Of a stretch of DNA of 64,000 nucleotides, positions 26,890-36,563 are shown piece by piece. The translations under genes and the position numbers were made by a program. The stretch covers positions 9,617 through 73,616 of the forward strand of contig JAAZXW010000012.1 of the NCBI GenBank assembly GCA_014239955.1. The letters are read 5' to 3'. The stretch's first letter is position 1; each line of letters starts with the position of its first letter. The DNA is from Methanobacteriota archaeon (GTDB lineage Archaea > Thermoplasmatota > Poseidoniia > Poseidoniales > Thalassarchaeaceae). The notes beneath the pieces are model-generated. The model saw only the letters and a program-made list of their open reading frames with translations, searched no databases and was not told where the DNA came from.

Positions 26890-29800
26890 TTCGACTAAAC
26901 ACCGCTCAGCGCCTAGCTCTGAACCTCGATTCACACATCGTTATTGACGCGGGTGCTGGCACCGGCAAGACAAGCACCATAGTTGACCGGGTCATAGAGC
27001 ACTACCTCGCCACCGACCAAAGGGCAACTAGGCTTCTACCTAAGCCAGCCCGTCCTTCGAGCGTGAGCGGTGGAATGGTCACTGCACCCGCATCCGAGCG
27101 AATCAACCTCCAAGACTGGGAGGGGCTCCTCCCTGGAGAAGTCGTCCTCCTGACATTCACAAACAGAGCCGCTGACGAGATGAAGGACCGTCTTCGGAGG
27201 GCAATTTCAAGGATCAGCCCAGGTCCTTTGGGCGACGACGGCAAACATCGATATGACCCGAGAGTAAAGAGCCAAGGATTCGTAGAGCAACTACTCACAC
27301 TTCTCGAAGATGCACCAATCGGAACCATCGACTCCTTCCTCTCTCAGTTGGTATCCCCATATCGTGGAAAACTGGGGGATGCACTCAGTCGAGAGAACGT
27401 CTCAGATGCATCAAGGGCAATATTGGTCGAGACTGCACTCAGGACCATTTGGAGACTTGCGAGCGAGAGAACCCGAATCGGAGATGCGGTTGATGCTGGA
27501 ATACCATCCGAAATCGTATCGGAAGTCCTCTCCGCAAGGGACAGAGTAGCTCGTCATTACTCTGGCAGTACCTCTGCGGCCAGGGTCCTCAGAACACTCG
27601 TTGGAAAATCAGTCTTCGTGGAGGAGTCCTCTCGCAAGATTATGGACGAATCGGGTAACGTGGATCGTAACAAACTGCTAATGACGATCATGTCCTCTGT
27701 CGACAAAGAAGAGATTGCAAATCAGGCCCAGAGACTTCACTCAGTTGTCACAGACATTTGTGAGACGATTAAGGAGTCCCTCCAATCACCCTCTGCGGTC
27801 GGTTGGTCAATCGAGACTCGGATGGCGTCTCTAGACGAGCTCGACAGAAGCGGGCCGCCTTCCGACGAATGGGGGAAGCTTTGCTGGATGGGGCATGTTC
27901 TGACTTGCATTGTCAGCCCCTCGACACTGATGGGTAAGGAGATGAAATTCTTCCCAAGAATGAAGTTCCCATCGGACTCTTGGTTAGCAGGAATTAGAAG
28001 TTATGCGGAAATAAAGGACAAGAATGCCAAGTCCGAATACACATCCACGATGAAGTCGAAAATAGCAGAGCTAGAACGAATCTGGTCCGATGATTTGGGA
28101 AGCATGATACTACACTTCGTGAGAACCGCAATTACTCTTGACGAATCCAAGCCCCCCGAGGTACCAATAGATTGGGAACCGCCCATTCGGGCCCTCCCAG
28201 TAGAAATCCCAGAGAGGCTGGAGAACCCAAAGAAGAACCACTATTTCTCCTTAGAGGCCGAGATACAGAACCTTCGCGACCTCCATCTCCTGCATCTGGG
28301 ATTCCAAGGAGTCATGAAGAATCTGAAGCAGCGGGAAGAGGCTCATGACTTCGATGATATCCAGAGGCTAGCAGGGGATTTACTACTAGCAAACTGCCCA
28401 GAGGTTTGCAGGATATTCTACCATCCCTCCGTCCAGGGGGCCCTCGATTCAATCAGTATAGACAGCCCATGGAGGGACGAGCACATCACCAGAGCATTCG
28501 AGGAAATTTCCCTTCTCGAGGAGAACCGAGACTCTGCTGTAGCATGGGCATCGAGACTGAGTGCGATGCGCACCGATCTCGAGAGCAGGCGACACCTGCT
28601 CGAAGAAATTAGAAGGAGATACAGGGCATTCATCATCGACGAGGCACAGGACAACTCACCCCTCCAATGGAGGCTGTTGTCCAGACTATGGGGCCCTAGG
28701 GAGTTCAGAGAAGGAGACCAGCCGAAGCCAGACACTCCATGGGAGCCCACAGTATGTTACGTTGGAGACGTGAAGCAGAGCATCTATGCTTTCAGACAGG
28801 CAGAGGTAACCGGTTTCCTGGACTTCGCCAAGTCACTAAGGTCAATCAACGTGCACGAACTTTCTAGCATCCCTGAACTTACCAGAAAACCAACTCTCAG
28901 GAAAGAGTCCCACAGCAGGGATCCTAGAAACGACCACATGTCGAGCATTGCAACCGCCTCAGAGTACATGGAAAGGGGCGGCAGGGACCTGGCCCCTTGG
29001 ATTCCATTCGACTCAACGGACTGGGACCTTCCAGCACCATCGGGAGAAGAGGTTCGTGCACGTAGAGAGGGAATGGTGTCGCTGCAGGTCAACTACCGCT
29101 CCGACGGAGGCCTTCTAGAGGTGATGAACGAGTGGTGGACGGATGTTTTCTCAGATAGACACAGGCTAATCTCCAAGGGTGACTTCTATGCTTCGGCGCA
29201 GACTCTTCACTCATTCCCAGAAAAGAGGAAAAGGCCTGGATCAATTGAGTGGATATGCCCGCCCGACTCCGATGGCTCCACCGACCCCCCCACCGATTTA
29301 GGGACCCACATTGATCCGTTCGGACCGGGCTCACAGGACCGATTGGAGAGACAGGCCATGCTCATAGCACTCAGAGTGAGAAGCCTCATCGAAGGAACCC
29401 CTGTAAAAGTCAAATCTGCAGACAACTCATGGAAAAAAACTCAATCAGAAGACCCAGTCAGCCCAGGGGACATCACAATCCTGTTACCAAACAGAGTGAA
29501 TCTCAGGGATGTCATAATCAGACACCTGCATGATCTTGGGGTACCGGCACAGGTGGATCGCGAAGGTGGACTATTGGGCCGTCCAGCGGTCACGACCATG
29601 GAGGGGCTTGTCCAACTTGTCGCTAGACCAATGTCCCGTCATAATGCGGCATGGGTGGCAAGGTCTCCCCTTTTCGGAATGAACGATTCTCAACTCCATG
29701 ACTTCCTATCTACTTCAAAGAAGGGAGACAATCTACTCCATGCCCTCCTATCTCACTGTTCCAGCGAAAGACAGAGATCCTTGGTTCACCGATGGTGTGA

Positions 29801-31811
29801 ACTTGCCTCTTCTTCGAGCCTCGTAGAACTACTGGAGGACACCATCGACCGTTCCGATCTACTTGTGGCGTACCCTGATCAGGTCTCTAGGCAGGATGTG
29901 GAACAGTTCGTCGAGCTAATCAGGACATTGTCCAAAGAGGTCGGAGGCGATCCGATAGTTCTCTCCGACAGACTCAGGGATCTGAGAGAACGGAGCTCTC
30001 AGGCACTTGAGGCCTCCACCACCCCCCCAAGCGACGCAGTCAAAGTAATGACAATCCACAGCTCGAAGGGCCTCGAGGCAAAGGTCGTCATCCTCGCCGA
30101 TCTCTTTTCTGCTAGGCAGACCAACATGAGGAACGAACAGAACAGCAGGTTGATTGTCAGCCCAGAGATGTTCGCAGGCCATCCAAACCCATGGCCAGCA
30201 GAAGGAAAGCCACCTAGGTCAGCCATCTGGGAACACGTCTCACTCCTCCACAGAGCTAGGAAGAATGCCGAGGCAAGGAGGCTGCTCTACGTCGCAGCAA
30301 CTAGGGCCGAAGAGAGGCTAATCATTGCCGGATCACCTAGGGGAACCCAGTGGCTGGTTGATGAAGGCATTATGATTCCGTGGGCCTATGACAAATCTGC
30401 ACCGCAGCTTGGGCAAATGTGGCTTGAGTCATTGCGCATGGGGTCATGGAGGCGAGGAGAAGAAGACTCCCCCTGGCTCGATCCCTCAGACACTGGCTCC
30501 GAACCAACGTTGGTAAACCGAGGAAGCAGAATAATCGACCCAGGGAGCTTGCTGAGAGACGCCTCCCTCGGAGGGAACGAGAAGACAGGGATGACCATCA
30601 TCCACCATCCAGATTGCTTCCCAGAGGCCGATGAAGATGACCATGGAATAATGACTCCTATCCAGAGGATCGAGACAATAGACCAAGCGTCTAGAAGTCC
30701 CCAAGTAGAGGGATCACCAACCTCTTCTACACCTCGCAAGGAAGCCTCGACGAGAGTAAGAGTAAAACCCAGCAAACTTCCTTCCTACTTCGAATGCCCT
30801 AGGTGCCACTGGCTCGAGGTAAGAGCAGGCATAGAACCGGGCTCAATATTGGCCGATCGAGGAACGCCCAGTACACCGGAATCCGTTCTACCAGTAGACC
30901 CTGCAACATTTGGGAATGTTTTCCATAGGATTATTGAGATTGGAATTGGAAACCCCGGACCAGGAGAGAACGGCCCAAGCACGCCTCTCCCGTCTTCTTG
31001 GACCACCAAGACAGCAGACAGGATAACCGATGAAGAAATCCACAGAACCGTTTTCTCTGAGCTCCTCCCACCAGATGCGAACACCGAAAAGGTAGCAGAG
31101 GCCACATCCAAAATGGCGCAGCGTATTTCGAACGGAAAGATGGGCGAGATGGTACGCGGCAAGGTGTTCGATGGAAGGCGTGTGGAGGGTCTCAGGACCG
31201 AGATGCCATTCCATGTGTCAATCCCCGTCTCCTTTGACTCTGTAAAGAGAAGCAAGTGGTCTCCAGACGGGGAAGAGGTCCTCATTACGTTCGATTCGAC
31301 CACCATAGATATGAGCGGAGTGATCGACCTAGTTCTCTGCGCGAGAAACGAGAACGGCCCCTCGTCAATCAGAGCCATCGACCTAAAGACAACCGAGGCC
31401 CACTCCCTTCTCGACCAATCCCAGAGCGGACTATTGGAGGCAACCGGAGATGAATCAACTGGGCCTTCCTGTGATGCTGAGAAAAGCCTCCTTCACAAAC
31501 ACAGGCTGCAAATGGCACTGTATCACCATGCCCTGGAAGAATCAGAATCTGACAGGTTCAATGCAGGATTGCCCCATAGAGAGGTCCTACCCCCAGCAAT
31601 ACTGGTGGGACTCACTGGCAGGCTAGTCGAATACCCCACAGCGCTCCTCGAGGAGGCAAAGGCAGACTTGATGGAGACTCTATCCAGGACTGCTAGGATG
31701 TCTCTTGCCTCCGATTTCCCGATTTCTGAGATCGAGAAATACCTCGAATCTCCAAACCAAAGGTGCAAAAATTGCACATTCACCGAGAAAACCCAGTCGA
31801 AGAGTCCATGA
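26886..31811 (+). CDS. AddA/RecB-like UvrD-family SF1 helicase with a C-terminal RecB-type nuclease (1641 aa)
   Basis: Helicase motifs AGAGTGKT (I), LTFTNRAADEM (Ia), FIIDEAQDNSP (II), VGDVKQSIYAFRQA (III), VNYRSDGGLL (IV), TIHSSKGLEAKVVIL (V), LYVAATRAEERL (VI). Nuclease motifs GVIDLVL, AIDLKT and QMALYHHAL. CPRC and CKNC pairs bracket the nuclease domain. TTG start with TTGA overlap onto the upstream stop. Confidence 0.85.
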   Translation: MIRLNTAQRLALNLDSHIVIDAGAGTGKTSTIVDRVIEHYLATDQRATRLLPKPARPSSVSGGMVTAPASERINLQDWEGLLPGEVVLLTFTNRAADEMKDRLRRAISRISPGPLGDDGKHRYDPRVKSQGFVEQLLTLLEDAPIGTIDSFLSQLVSPYRGKLGDALSRENVSDASRAILVETALRTIWRLASERTRIGDAVDAGIPSEIVSEVLSARDRVARHYSGSTSAARVLRTLVGKSVFVEESSRKIMDESGNVDRNKLLMTIMSSVDKEEIANQAQRLHSVVTDICETIKESLQSPSAVGWSIETRMASLDELDRSGPPSDEWGKLCWMGHVLTCIVSPSTLMGKEMKFFPRMKFPSDSWLAGIRSYAEIKDKNAKSEYTSTMKSKIAELERIWSDDLGSMILHFVRTAITLDESKPPEVPIDWEPPIRALPVEIPERLENPKKNHYFSLEAEIQNLRDLHLLHLGFQGVMKNLKQREEAHDFDDIQRLAGDLLLANCPEVCRIFYHPSVQGALDSISIDSPWRDEHITRAFEEISLLEENRDSAVAWASRLSAMRTDLESRRHLLEEIRRRYRAFIIDEAQDNSPLQWRLLSRLWGPREFREGDQPKPDTPWEPTVCYVGDVKQSIYAFRQAEVTGFLDFAKSLRSINVHELSSIPELTRKPTLRKESHSRDPRNDHMSSIATASEYMERGGRDLAPWIPFDSTDWDLPAPSGEEVRARREGMVSLQVNYRSDGGLLEVMNEWWTDVFSDRHRLISKGDFYASAQTLHSFPEKRKRPGSIEWICPPDSDGSTDPPTDLGTHIDPFGPGSQDRLERQAMLIALRVRSLIEGTPVKVKSADNSWKKTQSEDPVSPGDITILLPNRVNLRDVIIRHLHDLGVPAQVDREGGLLGRPAVTTMEGLVQLVARPMSRHNAAWVARSPLFGMNDSQLHDFLSTSKKGDNLLHALLSHCSSERQRSLVHRWCELASSSSLVELLEDTIDRSDLLVAYPDQVSRQDVEQFVELIRTLSKEVGGDPIVLSDRLRDLRERSSQALEASTTPPSDAVKVMTIHSSKGLEAKVVILADLFSARQTNMRNEQNSRLIVSPEMFAGHPNPWPAEGKPPRSAIWEHVSLLHRARKNAEARRLLYVAATRAEERLIIAGSPRGTQWLVDEGIMIPWAYDKSAPQLGQMWLESLRMGSWRRGEEDSPWLDPSDTGSEPTLVNRGSRIIDPGSLLRDASLGGNEKTGMTIIHHPDCFPEADEDDHGIMTPIQRIETIDQASRSPQVEGSPTSSTPRKEASTRVRVKPSKLPSYFECPRCHWLEVRAGIEPGSILADRGTPSTPESVLPVDPATFGNVFHRIIEIGIGNPGPGENGPSTPLPSSWTTKTADRITDEEIHRTVFSELLPPDANTEKVAEATSKMAQRISNGKMGEMVRGKVFDGRRVEGLRTEMPFHVSIPVSFDSVKRSKWSPDGEEVLITFDSTTIDMSGVIDLVLCARNENGPSSIRAIDLKTTEAHSLLDQSQSGLLEATGDESTGPSCDAEKSLLHKHRLQMALYHHALEESESDRFNAGLPHREVLPPAILVGLTGRLVEYPTALLEEAKADLMETLSRTARMSLASDFPISEIEKYLESPNQRCKNCTFTEKTQSKSP

Positions 31812-31833
31812 GTGAATACTCGGGCTAGGGGTC

Positions 31834-33243
31834 ATGGCGATGGACCTAGGATATTTGATGGATAGAAGTGATGAGATATGGGAGAACTCAATTCTGCCTA
31901 GCCTGTCTGAATTCATAGGAATAAAGGCACTATCCCCCCTATTTGAGCCAGATTGGGCCGATTTGGGCGAGTTAGATGCTACCATCAAGCTGTTCTGCGG
32001 ATGGCTGGATGAACAAGGGATCAATGGAATGTCATATGAGACCCATAGGATCGACGACCTTTCCCCGGTCCTACTAGTCACTATCGAGGGCACTGGACCC
32101 GGTGAGGTAGTGCTCTACTCCCATCTCGACAAGCAGCCATCAAAGCCAGAGTTGTGGTCAGAAGGCCTACACCCCCTGAGGGCTGTCAGGCGGGATCCAT
32201 GGCTCTATGGCCGAGGTTCTGTTGACGATGGTTACGGAGGGTACCTATGTGCTACCTCAATCCGGCTCCTGCAAGAGGCAGGATTGCCACATCCACGTTG
32301 TACGATGATCATTGAAACCTGCGAGGAATCAGGGTCATTCGACCTCCCCCCATACCTAGAGGCACTGACAGATCAACTCGGTGATCCTGACATGGTAGTC
32401 GTCATGGACAGCGGAGGGCCGGATTATGACCACGTGTGGGTGACAGAGGCCCTAAGAGGCCTGGTTTCGGGCACGCTCTCGGTGAAGGTCTCCCACGAGG
32501 GAATCCACTCTGGCAACTCAGGAGGCTCGATCCCCTCTTCATTCAGGATTCAGAGAATCCTCCTAGACCGAGTAGAAGACTCAGCAACCGGTCGGGTGCT
32601 GATACCCGAGATGCATGTCGAAATCCCCCAAGGGGTGAGGGACAAGGCCATTGCACTCAGCGAAATAGTGGGGGGTAGCATCTGGGATCAGTTCCCAACC
32701 GTCGACTCGCTAAGGCAGGCCTCGGAAACCACAGAGGACATGATCATCGCAATGAACTGGGAGCCAACACTTTCGATAATCGGAGCGGACGGGATGCCAT
32801 CGGTACAGGTCGCAGGGAACGTCCTTCGAACCAATACCGACCTAAAACTAAGCTTCAGGATACCACCAGGAGTCGACTCAGAGGCCGCACTAGCATGTGC
32901 CAAGTCAGTCCTCGAGGACGACCCCCCATACGGGGCCGAGGTCACATTCACCCCAGACTCATGTGCAGACGGATTCCACGCCCCCCCACTCGATGGGAGC
33001 GTTTCGGATGCAATCCACGATGCCTCAACCGAGTTAACAGGCCTCCCCCCACTGGCAACTTGGACGGGCGGGACGATACCATTCATGGCTATGATGCAGG
33101 GAAAGTACCCCAAAGCGATGTTCCTGTGCACCGGCTCCTCAGGCCCTGGAAACAACGCCCACGGCCCCGATGAGAAATTACACATCCCCTCCTCGAAGAG
33201 GCTGACAGTCGCTCTTTCTGCAACAATCTCAGCTATTTGCTGA
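31834..33243 (+). CDS. M20-family metallopeptidase/dipeptidase
   Basis: VLYSHLDKQP, GRGSVDDGYGG, ETCEESGS and HGPDEKLHIP follow the M20 (ArgE/DapE/CNDP-like) metal-ligand pattern. Confidence 0.8.
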   Translation: MAMDLGYLMDRSDEIWENSILPSLSEFIGIKALSPLFEPDWADLGELDATIKLFCGWLDEQGINGMSYETHRIDDLSPVLLVTIEGTGPGEVVLYSHLDKQPSKPELWSEGLHPLRAVRRDPWLYGRGSVDDGYGGYLCATSIRLLQEAGLPHPRCTMIIETCEESGSFDLPPYLEALTDQLGDPDMVVVMDSGGPDYDHVWVTEALRGLVSGTLSVKVSHEGIHSGNSGGSIPSSFRIQRILLDRVEDSATGRVLIPEMHVEIPQGVRDKAIALSEIVGGSIWDQFPTVDSLRQASETTEDMIIAMNWEPTLSIIGADGMPSVQVAGNVLRTNTDLKLSFRIPPGVDSEAALACAKSVLEDDPPYGAEVTFTPDSCADGFHAPPLDGSVSDAIHDASTELTGLPPLATWTGGTIPFMAMMQGKYPKAMFLCTGSSGPGNNAHGPDEKLHIPSSKRLTVALSATISAIC

Positions 33244-33318
33244 AACCCCCGATTAGCCGTTTCTCCGCGACCTAGGTGCCGCCGGGATTATATCGGGGTC
33301 ACCTGCGCACCATGGAGG

Positions 33319-33978
33319 ATGGTTAATGGATTCGGTGGTAGAAACGACCTAGACGACTCAGCTGGAGCAGACCCCCAACCGACTATCCAAGAACTTGAGC
33401 AGCAGGCCGCCAAGGACAAGGAGGCACTGGACAAGCTCCTAGTGGCATATCAGGCGCAAGAGGCTGATATCAGTGAGATGAAGGCCCAGGTGGAGACTCT
33501 GAACCGAGAGCTCATCGACAAGGAGACGGAGAAGGAGGGCATCAACAACCTCCTCTCAAATCTACGCAGGCAGAAGGACGAGATGGAAGTCGATCTAGCC
33601 ACGGCGAACACGAAGATACCATACCTGGAGAGCAAACTCGAGAAGACGGAGGAGTTGCTAGATAGGGAGAAGGCAAGGCTCGGGCAGGTACTCACAGTCG
33701 CCGAGGAGATAGACGAGTCAAACCAAGCCGCACAATCTGAGCTCTCCGCGAGGGACGATTGGTACATTCAGCACATGCAACTCTTCGAGGAGCTCAATGA
33801 GGCCATCCAGACTCGTCACGACATGATTGACAGGGCCATTGCCACTGCCAAGGACATTCACTCCAAGCAGGAATCCTTCCAGGCCCAGAAGCAGGCAGTC
33901 ATAGAGGAAATCAAGGAGATGGCATCAGAGGACGAAGACCCAGGTGACTCCGATGAAACTGAGTCTGAGAGCGAGTAA
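33319..33978 (+). CDS. Acidic coiled-coil protein of unknown function
   Basis: 219 aa, Glu/Lys/Gln-rich heptad-like sequence with an acidic tail (DEDPGDSDETESESE). I recognised no family. Confidence 0.5.
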   Translation: MVNGFGGRNDLDDSAGADPQPTIQELEQQAAKDKEALDKLLVAYQAQEADISEMKAQVETLNRELIDKETEKEGINNLLSNLRRQKDEMEVDLATANTKIPYLESKLEKTEELLDREKARLGQVLTVAEEIDESNQAAQSELSARDDWYIQHMQLFEELNEAIQTRHDMIDRAIATAKDIHSKQESFQAQKQAVIEEIKEMASEDEDPGDSDETESESE

Positions 33979-33981
33979 CCC

Positions 33982-34758
33982 CTACTCGCCAACCCTCTTG
34001 ATGAATCTAGCAGGAACCCCTCCCCAGACTTCACCATCGGGAACCTCGGTCCACTTCGGCAACACTGCTCTTGTTGCCACGACCGCTCCCTTGCCGATCG
34101 TGCACCCAGGTTGAACGATGCTCCCTCCGCCAATCAGGGCCCCATCTCCAATATTGACTGGTGCTAGGACGATTTCTCCACTCTCTACAATATGCCCGTT
34201 AATCGTCGCATCCCCCCCTACAACGACCCCATCGCCAATCGTAACCATCGACGCGTCATTTATTTTGATCGAATTTAGCTGAACCCCACTCCCAATCTTT
34301 GCCCCCATCATCCTGTAGTACATTGTTGCTAGGAATGAGGGGATCACCAGGCCTAGGAACATCTGGGCAACTCTATGAGAAACCAATGAGAAGGCCCACT
34401 GGATGGTGATGAAGGATCTGAGTGGATACCTCCCCTCCTCTTTCCTTATTCTGAAAATACCCCCCATAGTCCCACAAATCAATAGGAGGACAATCCCCCA
34501 GATTATGTAACCAAGTCCAAGACTTATGCAGAAACCCGCAGCCTCCACCAAATCGCTCTTGCCGCTGGTGATTTCCTTCACCTCCATGAATAGGAAGTAG
34601 GATGGCATTATCGCCAAGCCGAACAAGACCCCGAACAGGATCATCACAATGACCGAGAGGACACTCTGGACTATTTCGAAGGACTTCACACTACTCCTCC
34701 TCGGAAACGAGACCCGCATCGATGTCCTCTTGTCTAGCAACTCTGACACCCTCTTCAA
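33982..34758 (-). CDS. Membrane-anchored hexapeptide-repeat (left-handed beta-helix) transferase
   Basis: 3-4 N-terminal TM helices are followed by [LIV]-G-x4 hexapeptide repeats (IGSGVQL, IGDGVVVGG, IGDGALIGGGSIV, IGKGAVVA). The ORF start overlaps the upstream MFS gene by 68 nt, so an internal start is possible. Confidence 0.65.
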   Translation of the reverse strand: MKRVSELLDKRTSMRVSFPRRSSVKSFEIVQSVLSVIVMILFGVLFGLAIMPSYFLFMEVKEITSGKSDLVEAAGFCISLGLGYIIWGIVLLLICGTMGGIFRIRKEEGRYPLRSFITIQWAFSLVSHRVAQMFLGLVIPSFLATMYYRMMGAKIGSGVQLNSIKINDASMVTIGDGVVVGGDATINGHIVESGEIVLAPVNIGDGALIGGGSIVQPGCTIGKGAVVATRAVLPKWTEVPDGEVWGGVPARFIKRVGE

Positions 34759-36514
34759 CGTCGATGAAGATGAATAGGGACCACCCGATTAGGATTACGA
34801 CAACCACGCTAGCTACTGCCGCCCTGCTCCCCATCGTGGCCGCACTGATTGCATAGACGATGGGGCCGAAAACCGCAGCCGCCTTGCCTATGAACCCGAA
34901 GAACCCGAAGAATTCAGTGGACCTCGAGGAAGGAGTGAGCATCGTGAAGAGGCTTCTGGCTTGGGCACCCGCCGTCCCCATGACAACTCCGACCATCATC
35001 CCCAGCATTATCCACTGCAGATTGACGCCAAAGTTCAGAGGTCCCCATACCTTTTCCCTCAGCAGGTTTGGCCACCAGTCTACAATCTCACCCTCAATAA
35101 TTGTAGGATGCTCGTCTCCAACTGATCTATTTCCATCCAAATCCCCTCCACTAAATGAGAATGAGAATCTATGATCGCTCACCTCACCCATCTTGCTAAC
35201 TAATCCACTAGCTTGTTCGGGAGTCAAGTATTCCCTAACGACGTCATCCTTGGTCCACCTATTGCTATCTGTGGATGACACAATCATGAAATCGAAGAAT
35301 GCGTCTCTGAATGACTGGTCCCCATCACCAGTCTTGCTCACCCACCCTTTGACGCTTTCTTCCTTATCGTAAAGTACTGATAATTTGTATTCGCCTCTTT
35401 CCTCGTCGAAGTCGTACTGGAAGTCATACCGCCCGTGATCGTCTTCTAGTTCCAGAGGGGCGAATCCAACAGCTAGTATTGCAACCACTGAGTACACTCC
35501 TAGGGACCATCCGAGAACCCTCTTCGTTCCGAACCGGTTTGCCAGCTTGCCTCCAACCACCGTCATTGGCACTGCTGTAATATTCACCATCAGCAATAGG
35601 ACGAACTGCATTGACGGATTCAGCCTCAGGACAGAGTCTCCGAAAGCTGCCGCCATTCCCCCTATGGTGTTGATTCCATCGAAGAACAGCAGGTATGATG
35701 CAAGGTAAATGGCGAGAATCTTGAATTTTCTTATTTCCCCGAAGGTCTTCTTTACTTCCCCAATGCCATCTCTAACAGCTTCCATAGCCGAGCCGTATTC
35801 CTTCGGGTTTGGAATCTGAGGCTCAGGTGTATTCCTAAACAATTGCATCCCAAAACCCAACCACCACATAGCACTAGTGACGAAAATGAAACTCAAAACC
35901 CAGGGGCTCCAAGGTTTACTCGCCCCGAAGAAACCAGTGAGTCCTACCACGAGATGGGCAATCAGGATTAGCGACCCACCTGCGAAGCCATAGGCATACC
36001 CCCAACTGGAAACGTGATCCATGGAACCCCGATCTGCTAGGCTTGGCATGAATGCATAGTAAATCACATTCCCACCAGCGAATCCGATGTTGCCGATTAC
36101 CAGGCAGAATGCTAGGAATCTGTATCCCGACCCAACCTCTAGGTGCGGGGCCACTCCCATCATTGCGGTGAACAATACTCCGACTATTGTGTACACCCAG
36201 AGTATCTTCTTCTTGATAGGCATCCGATCGGCTATTGCGCCAAGAACGGGACTGACTATTGCCACGAACAGGCTAGCTGAACCTAGGATAATTGCGTAGA
36301 ATGAATCCCCAGTAATTTTCAGACTCCCTAGTTCTGTTCCACCTCCTGTTGACAGCTCGAACATGCTGGAAAGTAGCTGTGGAACCAGTACCGTGAGAAC
36401 AGTGAGGGCAAATGCCTGGTTTGCCCAATCGTACCAGTACCAACTCCTCAGTGCCTTGTTTTCCTCAGCACCCATTCCTTCTATTGTTCCAAAACTCATT
36501 CTACTCTCTCGCAA
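34691..36514 (-). CDS. MFS transporter, UMF1/Atg22-like family, with a ~130-aa soluble insertion
   Basis: N-terminal WYWYDWANQAF is the UMF1 signature. About 12 TM helices. An acidic soluble insert (ELEDDHGRYDFQYDF...GGDLDGN) sits between the two six-helix halves. Confidence 0.75.
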   Translation of the reverse strand: MRESRMSFGTIEGMGAEENKALRSWYWYDWANQAFALTVLTVLVPQLLSSMFELSTGGGTELGSLKITGDSFYAIILGSASLFVAIVSPVLGAIADRMPIKKKILWVYTIVGVLFTAMMGVAPHLEVGSGYRFLAFCLVIGNIGFAGGNVIYYAFMPSLADRGSMDHVSSWGYAYGFAGGSLILIAHLVVGLTGFFGASKPWSPWVLSFIFVTSAMWWLGFGMQLFRNTPEPQIPNPKEYGSAMEAVRDGIGEVKKTFGEIRKFKILAIYLASYLLFFDGINTIGGMAAAFGDSVLRLNPSMQFVLLLMVNITAVPMTVVGGKLANRFGTKRVLGWSLGVYSVVAILAVGFAPLELEDDHGRYDFQYDFDEERGEYKLSVLYDKEESVKGWVSKTGDGDQSFRDAFFDFMIVSSTDSNRWTKDDVVREYLTPEQASGLVSKMGEVSDHRFSFSFSGGDLDGNRSVGDEHPTIIEGEIVDWWPNLLREKVWGPLNFGVNLQWIMLGMMVGVVMGTAGAQARSLFTMLTPSSRSTEFFGFFGFIGKAAAVFGPIVYAISAATMGSRAAVASVVVVILIGWSLFIFIDVEEGVRVARQEDIDAGLVSEEE

Positions 36515-36563
36515 GTGTGATTAGGTTTAGTGTATCCTACAACACTTAGTGCCTTATTCTTGA

